A DNA stretch of 64,000 nt from Chloroflexota bacterium. GTDB taxonomy: Bacteria; Chloroflexota; Dormibacteria; CF-121. Below, piece by piece: positions 46,121 through 54,761 of the stretch. Each line of letters begins with the position of its first letter. Positions within the stretch are counted from its first letter, which is position 1. The stretch lies in contig VBID01000114.1 in the NCBI GenBank assembly GCA_005880615.1, positions 93,324 to 157,323 of the forward strand, written 5' to 3'. Made by a program: the position numbers and the translations under genes. The notes under the pieces were generated by a model that had not been told where the DNA came from, did no database searches, and saw nothing but the letters and a program-made list of their open reading frames with translations.

Positions 46121-46783
46121 GTGAAGCCGATCCGAGCCCTGGTGTTCGACTTCGACGGCCTCATCGTCGAAACCGAGGAGCCCATCTTCCGGGCCTGGCA
46201 GCGCATCTACCGCGAGCAGGGGCAGGAGTTGCCGCTCGAGATCTGGGTCACCATCATCGGTACGTCCTCCGGACCCTTCGATCCGATCCAGTACCTGGAG
46301 GAGCGGGTCGGCCGTCCGCTCGACCGGCAGCGTTTCGACGACCTGGAGCGCCGCTACTACGAGGAAGCGACCGCCCTGCAGCGGCTGATGCCGGGGGTGG
46401 CCGAGTACCTGCGAGACGCCCGCCGGTTGCACCTGGGGGTGGGCATCGCGTCCAGCTCCAGGCGCGCCTGGGTCCTCGAGCATCTGAAGCGGTTCGCCAT
46501 CGCCGATGCCTTCGACGCCGTCGTCTGCCGGGAGGACGTGACGCGCACCAAGCCGGATCCGGAACTCTACCTCGAGGCTACAAAGCGACTGACGGTCATG
46601 CCTGAGGAAGCCCTGGCCCTGGAGGATTCCAGCAACGGCATCGCCGCCGCCAAAGCGGCCGGCCTGCGCTGCGTGGCCGTCCCCACCGTGATGACCGCCA
46701 GCCTGGATCTGAGCCGCGCCGACCTGAGGATCCCATCCTTAGGAGCGGTCTCCCTAACTGACCTGCTGGCTCAGATCGGCTGA
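46121..46783 (+). CDS. HAD-IA family hydrolase (beta-phosphoglucomutase-like)
   Basis: VFDFDGLIVETEE (motif I DxD) and later S/T and K-x(n)-D HAD motifs. Confidence 0.75.
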   Translation: MKPIRALVFDFDGLIVETEEPIFRAWQRIYREQGQELPLEIWVTIIGTSSGPFDPIQYLEERVGRPLDRQRFDDLERRYYEEATALQRLMPGVAEYLRDARRLHLGVGIASSSRRAWVLEHLKRFAIADAFDAVVCREDVTRTKPDPELYLEATKRLTVMPEEALALEDSSNGIAAAKAAGLRCVAVPTVMTASLDLSRADLRIPSLGAVSLTDLLAQIG

Positions 46784-47059
46784 TTCTTTTTCGAGCGACT
46801 CACGCACCTCGTGGAGGTACGCCACCAGATCGGCGCTAGAGAGATCGGCCCGGGCGTGCCGCATCCGCTCGACGGCCACGCCGGCCATGAAGCTGGCCAG
46901 TGGGGCAAACCGACGTTCCTGCGTGTGGGCCGCCACCCTGGCCAGGTCCAGGATCTCGGCCGCCACGTCCGGGTCAAGCTCCGGAGGATCAATGGCCGCT
47001 TGTCGGCGGAAGGCAGCCTCGACCAGCCGCCGGCCCAGCGCCGTCAACCAATCATTCAT
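46754..47059 (-). CDS. Hypothetical protein, divergent from the fdh operon
   Basis: ATG at 47059 (- strand). No recognisable domain. Overlaps the HAD gene 3' end convergently by 30 nt. Confidence 0.4.
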   Translation of the reverse strand: MNDWLTALGRRLVEAAFRRQAAIDPPELDPDVAAEILDLARVAAHTQERRFAPLASFMAGVAVERMRHARADLSSADLVAYLHEVRESLEKESADLSQQVS

Positions 47060-47071
47060 GGTTCAGACAGT

Positions 47072-47101
47072 TTGACATGATCGCTATCTGGTCCTTATCA
47101 T
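47072..47101 (+). promoter_or_regulatory. Sigma70-like promoter (TTGACA-N17-TTATCA) upstream of fdnG
   Basis: TTGACA at 47072-47077 and TTATCA(T) at 47095-47101, about 40 nt upstream of ATG 47139. Confidence 0.4.
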
Positions 47102-47138
47102 CAACGGGTTCGCGGCCGGGGAAGATGAGGTAGGGCGA

Positions 47139-50100
47139 ATGCCTGAACTTACGCGCCGGGCTTTTTTGAAACTGAGCGCCGCGGGGACCGGCGCCGCCGG
47201 GCTCACCGCCCTGGGGTTCGATACCGCGTCAGCGGTCCAGGTCACCCAGAACTTCCGCATTGCCGGGGCGCGCGAGTCGCACTCGGTCTGCCCTTACTGC
47301 GCGGTCGGCTGCGCGCTGGTCGCGTACACGCAGGACAATGCCGACGGCAGCCGCCGCCTCCTGCAAATCGAGGGCAACCCGGACAGCCCGGTGAACGAAG
47401 GCCGCCTGTGTCCCAAGGGCGCTACCGCCATGCAGCTGGCGACCAGCGCCCGGCGAGTGGAATCGCCGATGTACAGGGCGCCGGGCAGTGACCACTGGCA
47501 GAAGATCACCTGGGACGACCTGCTGAACAAGCTGGCTCAGCGCATCAAAGACGCCCGAGACGCCACCTTCGTCGCCCAGGATGGCAGTGGGAACACCGTC
47601 AACCGCACGGAGGGGATCGCCTTCGCCGGCGGCGCCGCCTTCAGCAGCGAAGAAGGGTACTTCGCCACCAAGGTGATGCGCGGCCTCGGCCTGGTCCATC
47701 TCGAACAGCAGGCACGGGTTTGACACGGGCCCACGGTGGTCAGTTTGGCCGCCACATTCGGGAGAGGGGCCATGACCAACCACTGGCGCGACATCAAGAA
47801 CGCCGACCTGATCCTGATCAACGGCGCCAACCCGGCGGAAGCCCATCCGGTCGGCTTTCAATGGTTCGTCCAGGCTAAGCTCGATCCCCAGCGTGGCCCG
47901 GGCGCCGGCGGCGGCGCCAAGATCATCCACGCCGACCCGCGCTTCACGCGCACGTCGGCGTTGGCCGATATCTACGCCCGCATCCGAACCGGCACCGACG
48001 TCGCCTACTTCGGCGGGCTGATCAACTACGTGCTGCAAAACAACCTCCATCACGAGTCGTACGTCACCAATTACACGAACGCCTCCTTCCTGGTGAAGAA
48101 GGAATACGGGTTCACCGATGGGCTCTTCAGCGGCTACGATCCCAAGGCCCGCAAGTACAACACCGCCTCCTGGGGCTACCAGATCGATGACGCCGCTAGC
48201 GTCGCTTATAACGCGGCCCATCCGCCGGCCGGCGGCGCGGTCGCCACCCTGGCCAAGCGCGACCTGACCTTGCAGGACCCGCAGACCGTGTTCCAGCTCA
48301 TGAAGCAGCACTATTCCCGGTACACGCCAGAGATGGTCTCGCGGATCACGGGCATTCCGCAGGACCAGTTCTTGCGGATCGCCAAGCTGGTGGGGGAGAT
48401 GGGGCAACCCAACAAAGTGATGACGATCGTCTACGCGGTCGGCCTCACCCACCACACGACCGGGGGCGAGCTGATCCGGTCGGGGGCCGTCCTCCAGTTG
48501 CTGCTGGGCAACATGGGCCGCCCCGGCGGCGGCATGAACGCCGAGCGCGGTCATGCCAATATCCAGGGTAACACCGACCACGCCATCTCCTGGGAGATCC
48601 TGCCGGGGTACCTGCAAATCCCGGCGCCGCAACGCAAGACCATCGACGAGTACGTGGCGGCACAAGCACCCAAGAAGCTGGACCCACAATCGTGGAACTT
48701 CTTCGGAACCAACTACAAGAAGTTCATGGTCAGCCTGCTGAAGGGCTGGTACGGGGACGCCGCCACCAAGGACAACGACTTCGCCTTCAATTTCATCCCC
48801 AAACCGGGCCAGAACTCGTCGTGGATGTCCATCTACGACCAGTCGCTGAAGGGCAAGATGCAGGGCCTGATTCTTTCGGGGATGACGGCGACCAGCATCG
48901 GCCCTGATTCGAACCGGGTGATGGAGGCCCTGGCCAACCTGAAGTGGCTGGTCGTGATGGACGCGCTGCCGACCACCAGCTCGGAGTTCTGGCGCCGCCC
49001 CGGGGCCAGCCCGGCGTCTATCCAGACCGAGGTCTTCATGGTGCCGACTACCCACTGGATCGAGAAGGACGGCTCCTTCACCAACAGCGGCCGGTGGGCG
49101 CAATGGAAGGAGCAGGTCCTGCCCCCACAGGGGCAAGCCCGGCACGATCACTGGATCCTGGCCGACCTCTTCCAGCGGGTGAAGACCCTCTACCGGCAGC
49201 AGGGCGGCAAGTTCCCGGACCCGATCATCGCCCTGACCCTCAAGTACCAGGACCCGGCCAAGCCGCAGCTGGACGAGATCGCCCAGGAGATCAACGGCTT
49301 CGATCTGACCACCGGCAAGCGGATGAGCAGCTTCGCCAACCTGAAGGACGATGGGACCACCACCGCCGGTGACTGGATCTACACCGGCAGCTACCCGGAC
49401 AGCGGCAACCTGATGAAGCGGACGGACGGCATTCAGGATGTGAAGACCAACGACCCGACCGGGATGGGGTTCTTCCCCAAGTGGGCCTGGTCCTGGCCGC
49501 TCAACCGCCGGGTGCTGTACAACCGGGCCTCGGCCGACCTGGAGGGCAAGCCCTGGGACCAGACCCGCCCCGGCATTACCTGGAACGGAAGCAAGTGGGT
49601 CGGGGACGTGCCCGACTACCCGGCCACCATGAAGCCGTACACCCTGGATCCGAAGGCGTGGCTGCCGTTCATCATGACCGGCGAGGGGACCGGCCGCCTG
49701 TTCAGCACCTCAATGCTCGACGGGCCCCTCCCCGAGCACTACGAGCCGGTCGAAGCACCGGTGGCCAACCCCCTTCATCCAGGCCAGTCGGCCTCCCCGG
49801 TGGCCTTCCTCTATTCAGGGGGCGGCTCGTTCGGAGCGGCCAAGGACAGCTTTGGGACGGTCGCCGACTACCCGTACGTCGCTACCAGCTACCGCCTGAC
49901 CGAGCACGAGCACTATGTCACCCAGCACGTGCCCCTGCTGGTCGGGCTGCAGCCGCATCCGTTCGTTGAGGTCCCCGAGGAGCTGGCCAAGGAGAAGGGC
50001 ATCCAGACGGGCGACCGGGTGCGGGTGACGTCCAAGCGCGGCAAGATCGAGGTCCTGGCCCTGGTCACCAAGCGGCTGGCAGCCAGCACCATCGACGGCA

Positions 50101-50276
50101 AGAAGGTCTACACCATCGGCATCCCGATCCATTGGGGATTCGTGGGAGTGGCAGCCGACCAGGACCCGAGCAAGGGCGCCAACTGGCTGGCCAATGCGCT
50201 GACCCCCTTCGTGGGCGACGCCAACGCCTACACGCCCGAGTTCAAGGCCTTCCTGGTGGACCTGAAGAAGATATGA
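47139..50276 (+). CDS. fdnG: Formate dehydrogenase-N/O-type alpha subunit, selenocysteine-containing (in-frame UGA at 47721-47723)
   Basis: Tat signal RRAFLKLSAAG. The two ORF-track ORFs (47139-47723 and 47736-50276) are in the same frame, separated only by TGA. Across the junction the sequence QQARV-U-HGPTVVSLAATFGRGAMTNHW matches the E. coli FdnG Sec196 context. A hairpin GGUGGUC-AGUUU-GGCCGCC begins 11 nt after the UGA, consistent with a SECIS element. Confidence 0.85.
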
Positions 50277-51055
50277 TCAGCACCCTCGTCCGGACCGACC
50301 CCTGGCCACTCCGACGGCAGCGGACCGACGAGCTCTTGACCCGCTATGCCTTCGCGAGCGAGCTGCTCGGCTTCTACCGGTCGCTGCTGCCCGTCCAGGA
50401 GAAGGCCTACCGCGCGGCCGAAGAGGATCATCCGGGCCCGACCGATCTCCCCAGGTACGTGGTGGATCGGGTGATGCCCACCGTGATCGACGTCACGGTC
50501 GCCGACGGGCCCCGGCGGCTCCGCGATGGCGTGGTGGAGCGCTTCTGTTCAGCCGACCTACCCGACCTGGTAGGCCGCTGGCTGAGCGGCGCGGCGCAGA
50601 CTCCCTTTGAGGTTTTCCTGGCCCGCGCCTCGGCCAGCCCGGTGCTCGAGGCCCTGAAGGGGGAACGCGAAAGCCCCCTGAATGATCGACACTGCCCGGC
50701 CTGTGGGGGGCTGCCCCAGTTGAGCTACTTTGCCGTCACCGGGGAGGCGCTGGTCACCGGCCCCCGCTACTTGCTCTGCTCCCGGTGCGGGCGGACCTGG
50801 GTGTTCAGCCGAATGGTCTGCGCCGGGTGTGGCGAACGGTCAGGAAACCAGATGCCGATCTATCGCGAGGAGGCCCAATTCCCGCACGTCCGGATCGACG
50901 CCTGCCAGGCCTGCCAGCACTACCTGCTGACCTTCGACCTGCGCCAGGACACGGCCGCCGTGCCGGTGGTCGACGAGCTGGCCTGCCTTCCCCTCGACCT
51001 GTTCGCCCGCGAGCGGGGGTTCACCAAGATCACGCCAAACCTGTTGGGGAATTGA
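50273..51055 (+). CDS. fdhE: Formate dehydrogenase accessory protein FdhE
   Basis: Four CxxC pairs (CPACGG...CSRCG...CAGCGE...CQACQ). ATG overlaps the fdnG stop. Confidence 0.8.
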   Translation: MISTLVRTDPWPLRRQRTDELLTRYAFASELLGFYRSLLPVQEKAYRAAEEDHPGPTDLPRYVVDRVMPTVIDVTVADGPRRLRDGVVERFCSADLPDLVGRWLSGAAQTPFEVFLARASASPVLEALKGERESPLNDRHCPACGGLPQLSYFAVTGEALVTGPRYLLCSRCGRTWVFSRMVCAGCGERSGNQMPIYREEAQFPHVRIDACQACQHYLLTFDLRQDTAAVPVVDELACLPLDLFARERGFTKITPNLLGN

Positions 51056-51056
51056 A

Positions 51057-51827
51057 ATGGCTACACCCGTAGGCTTCTTCACCGACACGACCCTCTGCAT
51101 CGGCTGCAAGGCCTGCGAGGTGGCCTGCAAAGAGTGGAACCAGCTGCCCGACAACCCCATCCAGTTCCGGGACAGCTACGACAACACGGGCCAGCTCGAC
51201 CAGCGGAACTTCCGGCACGTGCGCTTCGTCGAGCAGGCCACCTCCAACCCGGACAAGCCGATCGCCTGGTCGATGATGAGCGACGTCTGCAAGCACTGCG
51301 CCAACGCCAGCTGCCTGGAAGTCTGCCCCACCGATGCCATCATCCGAACCGAGTTCGACACCGTCTACATCCAGCAGGACGTGTGTAACGGCTGCCGCGA
51401 CTGCATCGCGGCCTGCCCCTACGGCGTCATCGGCTTTGACTCCCAGAGCGGCACGGCCAAGAAATGCACGTTCTGCTACGACCGCCTGCAGAACAACAAG
51501 ATGCCTGCCTGCGCGCAGGCCTGTCCGACCCAATCGATCAAGTTCGGCAACCTGGCCGACCTGCGCAAGATGGCGGCCGATCGGGTGCAGGCGTTGCAGG
51601 CGCAAGGCGTCACCCAGGCCCGCATCTATGGGGACACGGAGTACGGCGGCCTGCACGCCTTCTTCCTGCTCACCGACAAGCCGGAAGCCTACGCGCTGCC
51701 CAACGCCGAGAGCGCGGTGCTGCCCGGCCGGAACGACGTTCCCGGGTACCTCGCGGTGGCGGTCACCTCGGTGCTGGCAGCCATCGGCGGCCTGGTCGCC
51801 TTCCGCCGCCGGGGTGAGCGCGCCTGA
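51057..51827 (+). CDS. fdnH: Formate dehydrogenase iron-sulfur subunit (4x[4Fe-4S])
   Basis: CIGCKACEVACK, CKHCANASCLEVCP, CNGCRDCIAACP, CTFC...CAQACP, plus a C-terminal TM anchor. Confidence 0.85.
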   Translation: MATPVGFFTDTTLCIGCKACEVACKEWNQLPDNPIQFRDSYDNTGQLDQRNFRHVRFVEQATSNPDKPIAWSMMSDVCKHCANASCLEVCPTDAIIRTEFDTVYIQQDVCNGCRDCIAACPYGVIGFDSQSGTAKKCTFCYDRLQNNKMPACAQACPTQSIKFGNLADLRKMAADRVQALQAQGVTQARIYGDTEYGGLHAFFLLTDKPEAYALPNAESAVLPGRNDVPGYLAVAVTSVLAAIGGLVAFRRRGERA

Positions 51828-52717
51828 TGCTGACCGAGCATTTCGTCGCCGCGCCGCACTGGGAGTGGTACATCCTGGCCTACTTCGTGGCGGCCGGTCT
51901 CAGCGGCGGCACCTACGTCATTGGGACCATGCTGCGGCTCTGGGGCGATGCCCGCGATCTGCCGGCTTCGCGGCTGGCCTTCTTCATCAGCTGGCCGCTG
52001 CTGCTCGTCTGCCCCATCCTGCTGACGCTGGATCTGGGGCAGCCGACGCGCTTCTGGCACATGCTGATCGACAGCCGAACCGCGGGGCTGGCCTTTAAGT
52101 CCTGGTCTCCGATGTCGGTGGGCGCCTGGGCCCTCCTCATCTACGGGATTTTCAGCACCGTGATGTTCGTGGTCGCTCTGGGAGAAACGCGCTCCACCCC
52201 CGCGCTGTTGTCCCGTGTGTCAAAGGTGGCCGGCACCCTGGCGGGACGGGTCGTCATGGTGGTGGGGGCGCTCTTCGCGCTCTTCGTCTCCGCCTACACC
52301 GGCGTGCTCCTGGCAGTCAGCAACCAGCCGGTCTGGAGCGACACCTGGACCCTCGGCGGGTTGTTCTTGGCCTCCGGTCTGAGCGGCGCCAGCGCGCTCG
52401 TGCTGCTGATGAGCCGGCGCCGGCCGGAAGCTGCGGAGACGGACGAGAAACTCCTGGAGGCCGATCGCTATTTCATCATCCTGGAGCTGGTCCTGATTGC
52501 CCTCTTCTTCGTCACCTTGGGAGGGGTGCTCTCGCGCGTGCTCAGCGGAGGGTGGCTGGTGCTCTGGTTGGTGGTGCTGGCGGGGACGGTGGTGCCGCTC
52601 CTCGTGCATTGGCGGCCCGCCTGGCGGCAACGGATCTCCCGGAACCTGGGTCCCATCCTGGTCCTGCTCGGGGTGCTCGCCCTTCGGGCTGTGGTTATTT
52701 TCAGCCCACAGAGTTAA
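51827..52717 (+). CDS. NrfD/PsrC-family integral membrane subunit of the formate dehydrogenase complex
   Basis: Eight or nine hydrophobic helices. It overlaps the fdnH stop. No cytochrome-b (FdnI-type) His pattern. Confidence 0.7.
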   Translation: MLTEHFVAAPHWEWYILAYFVAAGLSGGTYVIGTMLRLWGDARDLPASRLAFFISWPLLLVCPILLTLDLGQPTRFWHMLIDSRTAGLAFKSWSPMSVGAWALLIYGIFSTVMFVVALGETRSTPALLSRVSKVAGTLAGRVVMVVGALFALFVSAYTGVLLAVSNQPVWSDTWTLGGLFLASGLSGASALVLLMSRRRPEAAETDEKLLEADRYFIILELVLIALFFVTLGGVLSRVLSGGWLVLWLVVLAGTVVPLLVHWRPAWRQRISRNLGPILVLLGVLALRAVVIFSPQS

Positions 52718-52837
52718 CCGGGCCGCGACCCGACCGCGCCCGCCGTTACGGCGGCGTAACGCTTTCGGCTGGGACGGACAGACCCCTCTGGGCCTGCCGT
52801 TCTCTCAGATAGATCCCACGTCAGAGGAGGAAACCTC

Positions 52838-53524
52838 GTGCATCGCACCCTGTGTGCCCTTGCCACCAGCGTGACTTTGGTGGTCGCATTGAACGTCGGC
52901 GCCGCCGCGGCCGGCAACACGCATTCCTCGCCCAAGCCACACGGCCACGGCTCGATCCATGGCCCGGCGAATGGGATTCAGGACAATCAGGACAAGACCG
53001 GGGCCGCGGACCATGGCACCCTACAGTTCGGTCCATTCGCGAGTGGGTCGACCGACTCCGGGACCTGCGGCAACGACTGGGCGAACGACACGTTCAATCG
53101 TTTCTTCACGGTGGTGACCAACGAGGACGGGACTGTCCGGGTGGTCGAGTTCTTCAAGGATGCCACCTTTGTGACCGCTGTCCTCCCTATCACGTCCACC
53201 GGTCCCATCAAGAGCCCTGGCGCGTGCGAGAACGGAGTCAACAACGGGGGCTTGGTGACGCCCGACATCAACGGGCGATTCCAGGGCTATCTCCTGGGCA
53301 GCGTTAGCGGAGCAACGCTCGACCCCCGCTTGGCCAATTGCACCGTTGACACCTGCGGCACCACGGCGAAGTTCATCGCGACGGTATTTGGAGCCGGCGC
53401 CACCTACGACGTGACGACCTTCCTGTTCAACTACAGCTCATCGGATCAGCAGCTGATCCAGCGTCACTGGAAGAATGCCTCCGATGATCGCGGCGGCAAT
53501 CGCGGCGACATTCGCACCAGCTAA
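52838..53524 (+). CDS. Secreted hypothetical protein (signal peptide, 4 Cys)
   Basis: GTG 8 nt after GGAGG. Signal-peptide-like MHRTLCALATSVTLVVALNVGAAAA. No recognisable domain. Confidence 0.5.
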   Translation: MHRTLCALATSVTLVVALNVGAAAAGNTHSSPKPHGHGSIHGPANGIQDNQDKTGAADHGTLQFGPFASGSTDSGTCGNDWANDTFNRFFTVVTNEDGTVRVVEFFKDATFVTAVLPITSTGPIKSPGACENGVNNGGLVTPDINGRFQGYLLGSVSGATLDPRLANCTVDTCGTTAKFIATVFGAGATYDVTTFLFNYSSSDQQLIQRHWKNASDDRGGNRGDIRTS

Positions 53525-53543
53525 CTCAACGTCGGTTGACGAA

Positions 53544-53579
53544 GGGGCTTCGCCCGCGGGGCGAGGCCCTTTTTGTTTG
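53544..53579 (+). terminator. Intrinsic terminator
   Basis: GGGGCTTCGCCC-gcg-GGGCGAGGCCC followed by TTTTTGTTT, immediately after the 53524 stop. Confidence 0.65.
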
Positions 53580-53593
53580 GCCGTGAGATCGGC

Positions 53594-53654
53594 TGAGGGG
53601 GAGCCCGGGCCAGATGATCACCCCCTCTGTGACCTTCCCTTGAGCGGGAGGGAA
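53594..53654 (+). repeat. Two GC-rich hairpins (family members) in the leader of the truncated LLM gene
   Basis: GAGGGGGAG...CACCCCCTC at 53595-53627 and TTCCCT-tgagcgg-GAGGGAA at 53634-53654, followed by GGGGGGAGGGAG. Confidence 0.35.
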
Positions 53655-53693
53655 ATCCTAAAGGGGGGAGGGAGTTATAAGCTCTTGGGGGCT

Positions 53694-54188
53694 ATGGTCA
53701 ATGTCGGGGTAGTCCTTCCGGCCTGGTTCAGCGACGCGGGCGACTACCTGGCCGATGCCCGGGCGCTGGAGGAGGCCGGCGTGCACTCCCTCTGGCTCGA
53801 AGCCAAAGATCGGACTCCCGACCCGGACATGCTGCTGGCCGCCATCGCGGCCGTGACCAGCCGGGTGAAAGTCGGCCTGCGGATGCCGAGCGGCGAGGAC
53901 GCTCGGTTCGCCGTGCGGCTGGACACGCTGCAGCGACTGTCGCGGTTCCGGGCCATCACCGGCCAGGTGCGGCGAGGCGGAGCGGAGCTGATCGCCGGGC
54001 CGCAGCCCGTCGTGCGGTTCATGGTGGTGCCGGTGCCAGCCGATCCGGCGGCCTGGGCCGATACGCTGGACGCCGCCGAAAAACAGGGTGCCGGCGTCCT
54101 GGTGCCCCTCTTTCCCGGCCTGCTCGACCTGTTGCGGCGGCCCGAGCAGGCTGACGACCGCTCGGACCTCATTCTCAGCCAGGGTTGA
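53694..54188 (+). CDS. LLM-class (luciferase-like) flavin/F420-dependent oxidoreductase, N-terminal portion only (truncated, about 164 aa)
   Basis: MVNVGVVLPAWFSDAGDYLADARALEEAGVHSLWL is a typical LLM N-terminus, but the ORF is about half the usual length. Confidence 0.5.
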   Translation: MVNVGVVLPAWFSDAGDYLADARALEEAGVHSLWLEAKDRTPDPDMLLAAIAAVTSRVKVGLRMPSGEDARFAVRLDTLQRLSRFRAITGQVRRGGAELIAGPQPVVRFMVVPVPADPAAWADTLDAAEKQGAGVLVPLFPGLLDLLRRPEQADDRSDLILSQG

Positions 54189-54297
54189 TCTCCCTGGGTT
54201 TCACGGTAAGCCGTATTCGGTATACTTCCGAGCGACTCGGCGCAGGTGTTCGACTTGCCAACGGCACCCGGGCTGAGCAGCCAAAGGAGGTCACAGA

Positions 54298-54561
54298 CTG
54301 GCAGCAACAGCAAAAGTACAGGTCATCGCCGATAATCGTCGCAGCGAGAAGGACACCGGGTCGGCGGAGGTCCAGATCGCCATCTTCTCGGAGCGGATTA
54401 GCCACCTCACCGACCACCTAAAAGACCACAAGCGCGATCAAGGCTCGCGGCGTGGGCTGCTCCAACTGGTGGGGAAGCGGCGCCGTCTCCTGAACTATCT
54501 GCAGCGCGAGGACATCGAGCGCTACCGGGCCCTGGTCGCCAAGTTAGGGCTGCGGAGGTGA
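54298..54561 (+). CDS. rpsO: 30S ribosomal protein S15
   Basis: [86 protein letters not shown] is encoded in the frame +1 relative to the ORF-track ORF at 54185-54421. The frame opens at 54277 with no ATG/GTG/TTG. CTG 54298 lies 7 nt after AAGGAGG (54284-54290). Confidence 0.8.
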   Translation: MAATAKVQVIADNRRSEKDTGSAEVQIAIFSERISHLTDHLKDHKRDQGSRRGLLQLVGKRRRLLNYLQREDIERYRALVAKLGLRR

Positions 54562-54761
54562 TGGCCTAGGGTGTATCTCGGCCGTGCGAACGGCCGCCAG
54601 GGTCCCACGGAACGGGTTAGAGATTGGTGCGCGGAGAACGTCAGGCGTCAGCCGACCTTCTTCGGACCCCAACCCCTAACCCTCCTCGAAGCGGGTCACG
54701 TGGGTCGAACTCGATCAACCAAATTGGCCGCGCTCCGGTGCGGCACCCCAGGAGGGTTTTC
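54562..54761 (+). promoter_or_regulatory. rpsO-pnp intercistronic leader with hairpins
   Basis: GGCCGT-gcga-ACGGCC at 54580-54595, then further GC hairpins, then SD CCAGGAGGG before GTG 54762. Confidence 0.35.

Noticed and set aside
47724-47735. Treating 47139-47723 and 47736-50276 as two separate genes
   Set aside because: They share a frame, are separated only by TGA, and match the FdnG selenocysteine site on both sides. It is one selenoprotein gene.
47229-49151. Long antisense ORFs (e.g. 47229-49151 -, 59397-61859 -, 54777-56702 -, 13842-15185 -, 4668-5663 -, 62331-63977 -)
   Set aside because: They run opposite to strongly conserved genes (fdnG, ftsK, pnp, thrS, metG, recA), have Arg/Gly/Pro/Ala-rich low-complexity translations and no motifs. 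These are the open frames expected from roughly 67% GC.
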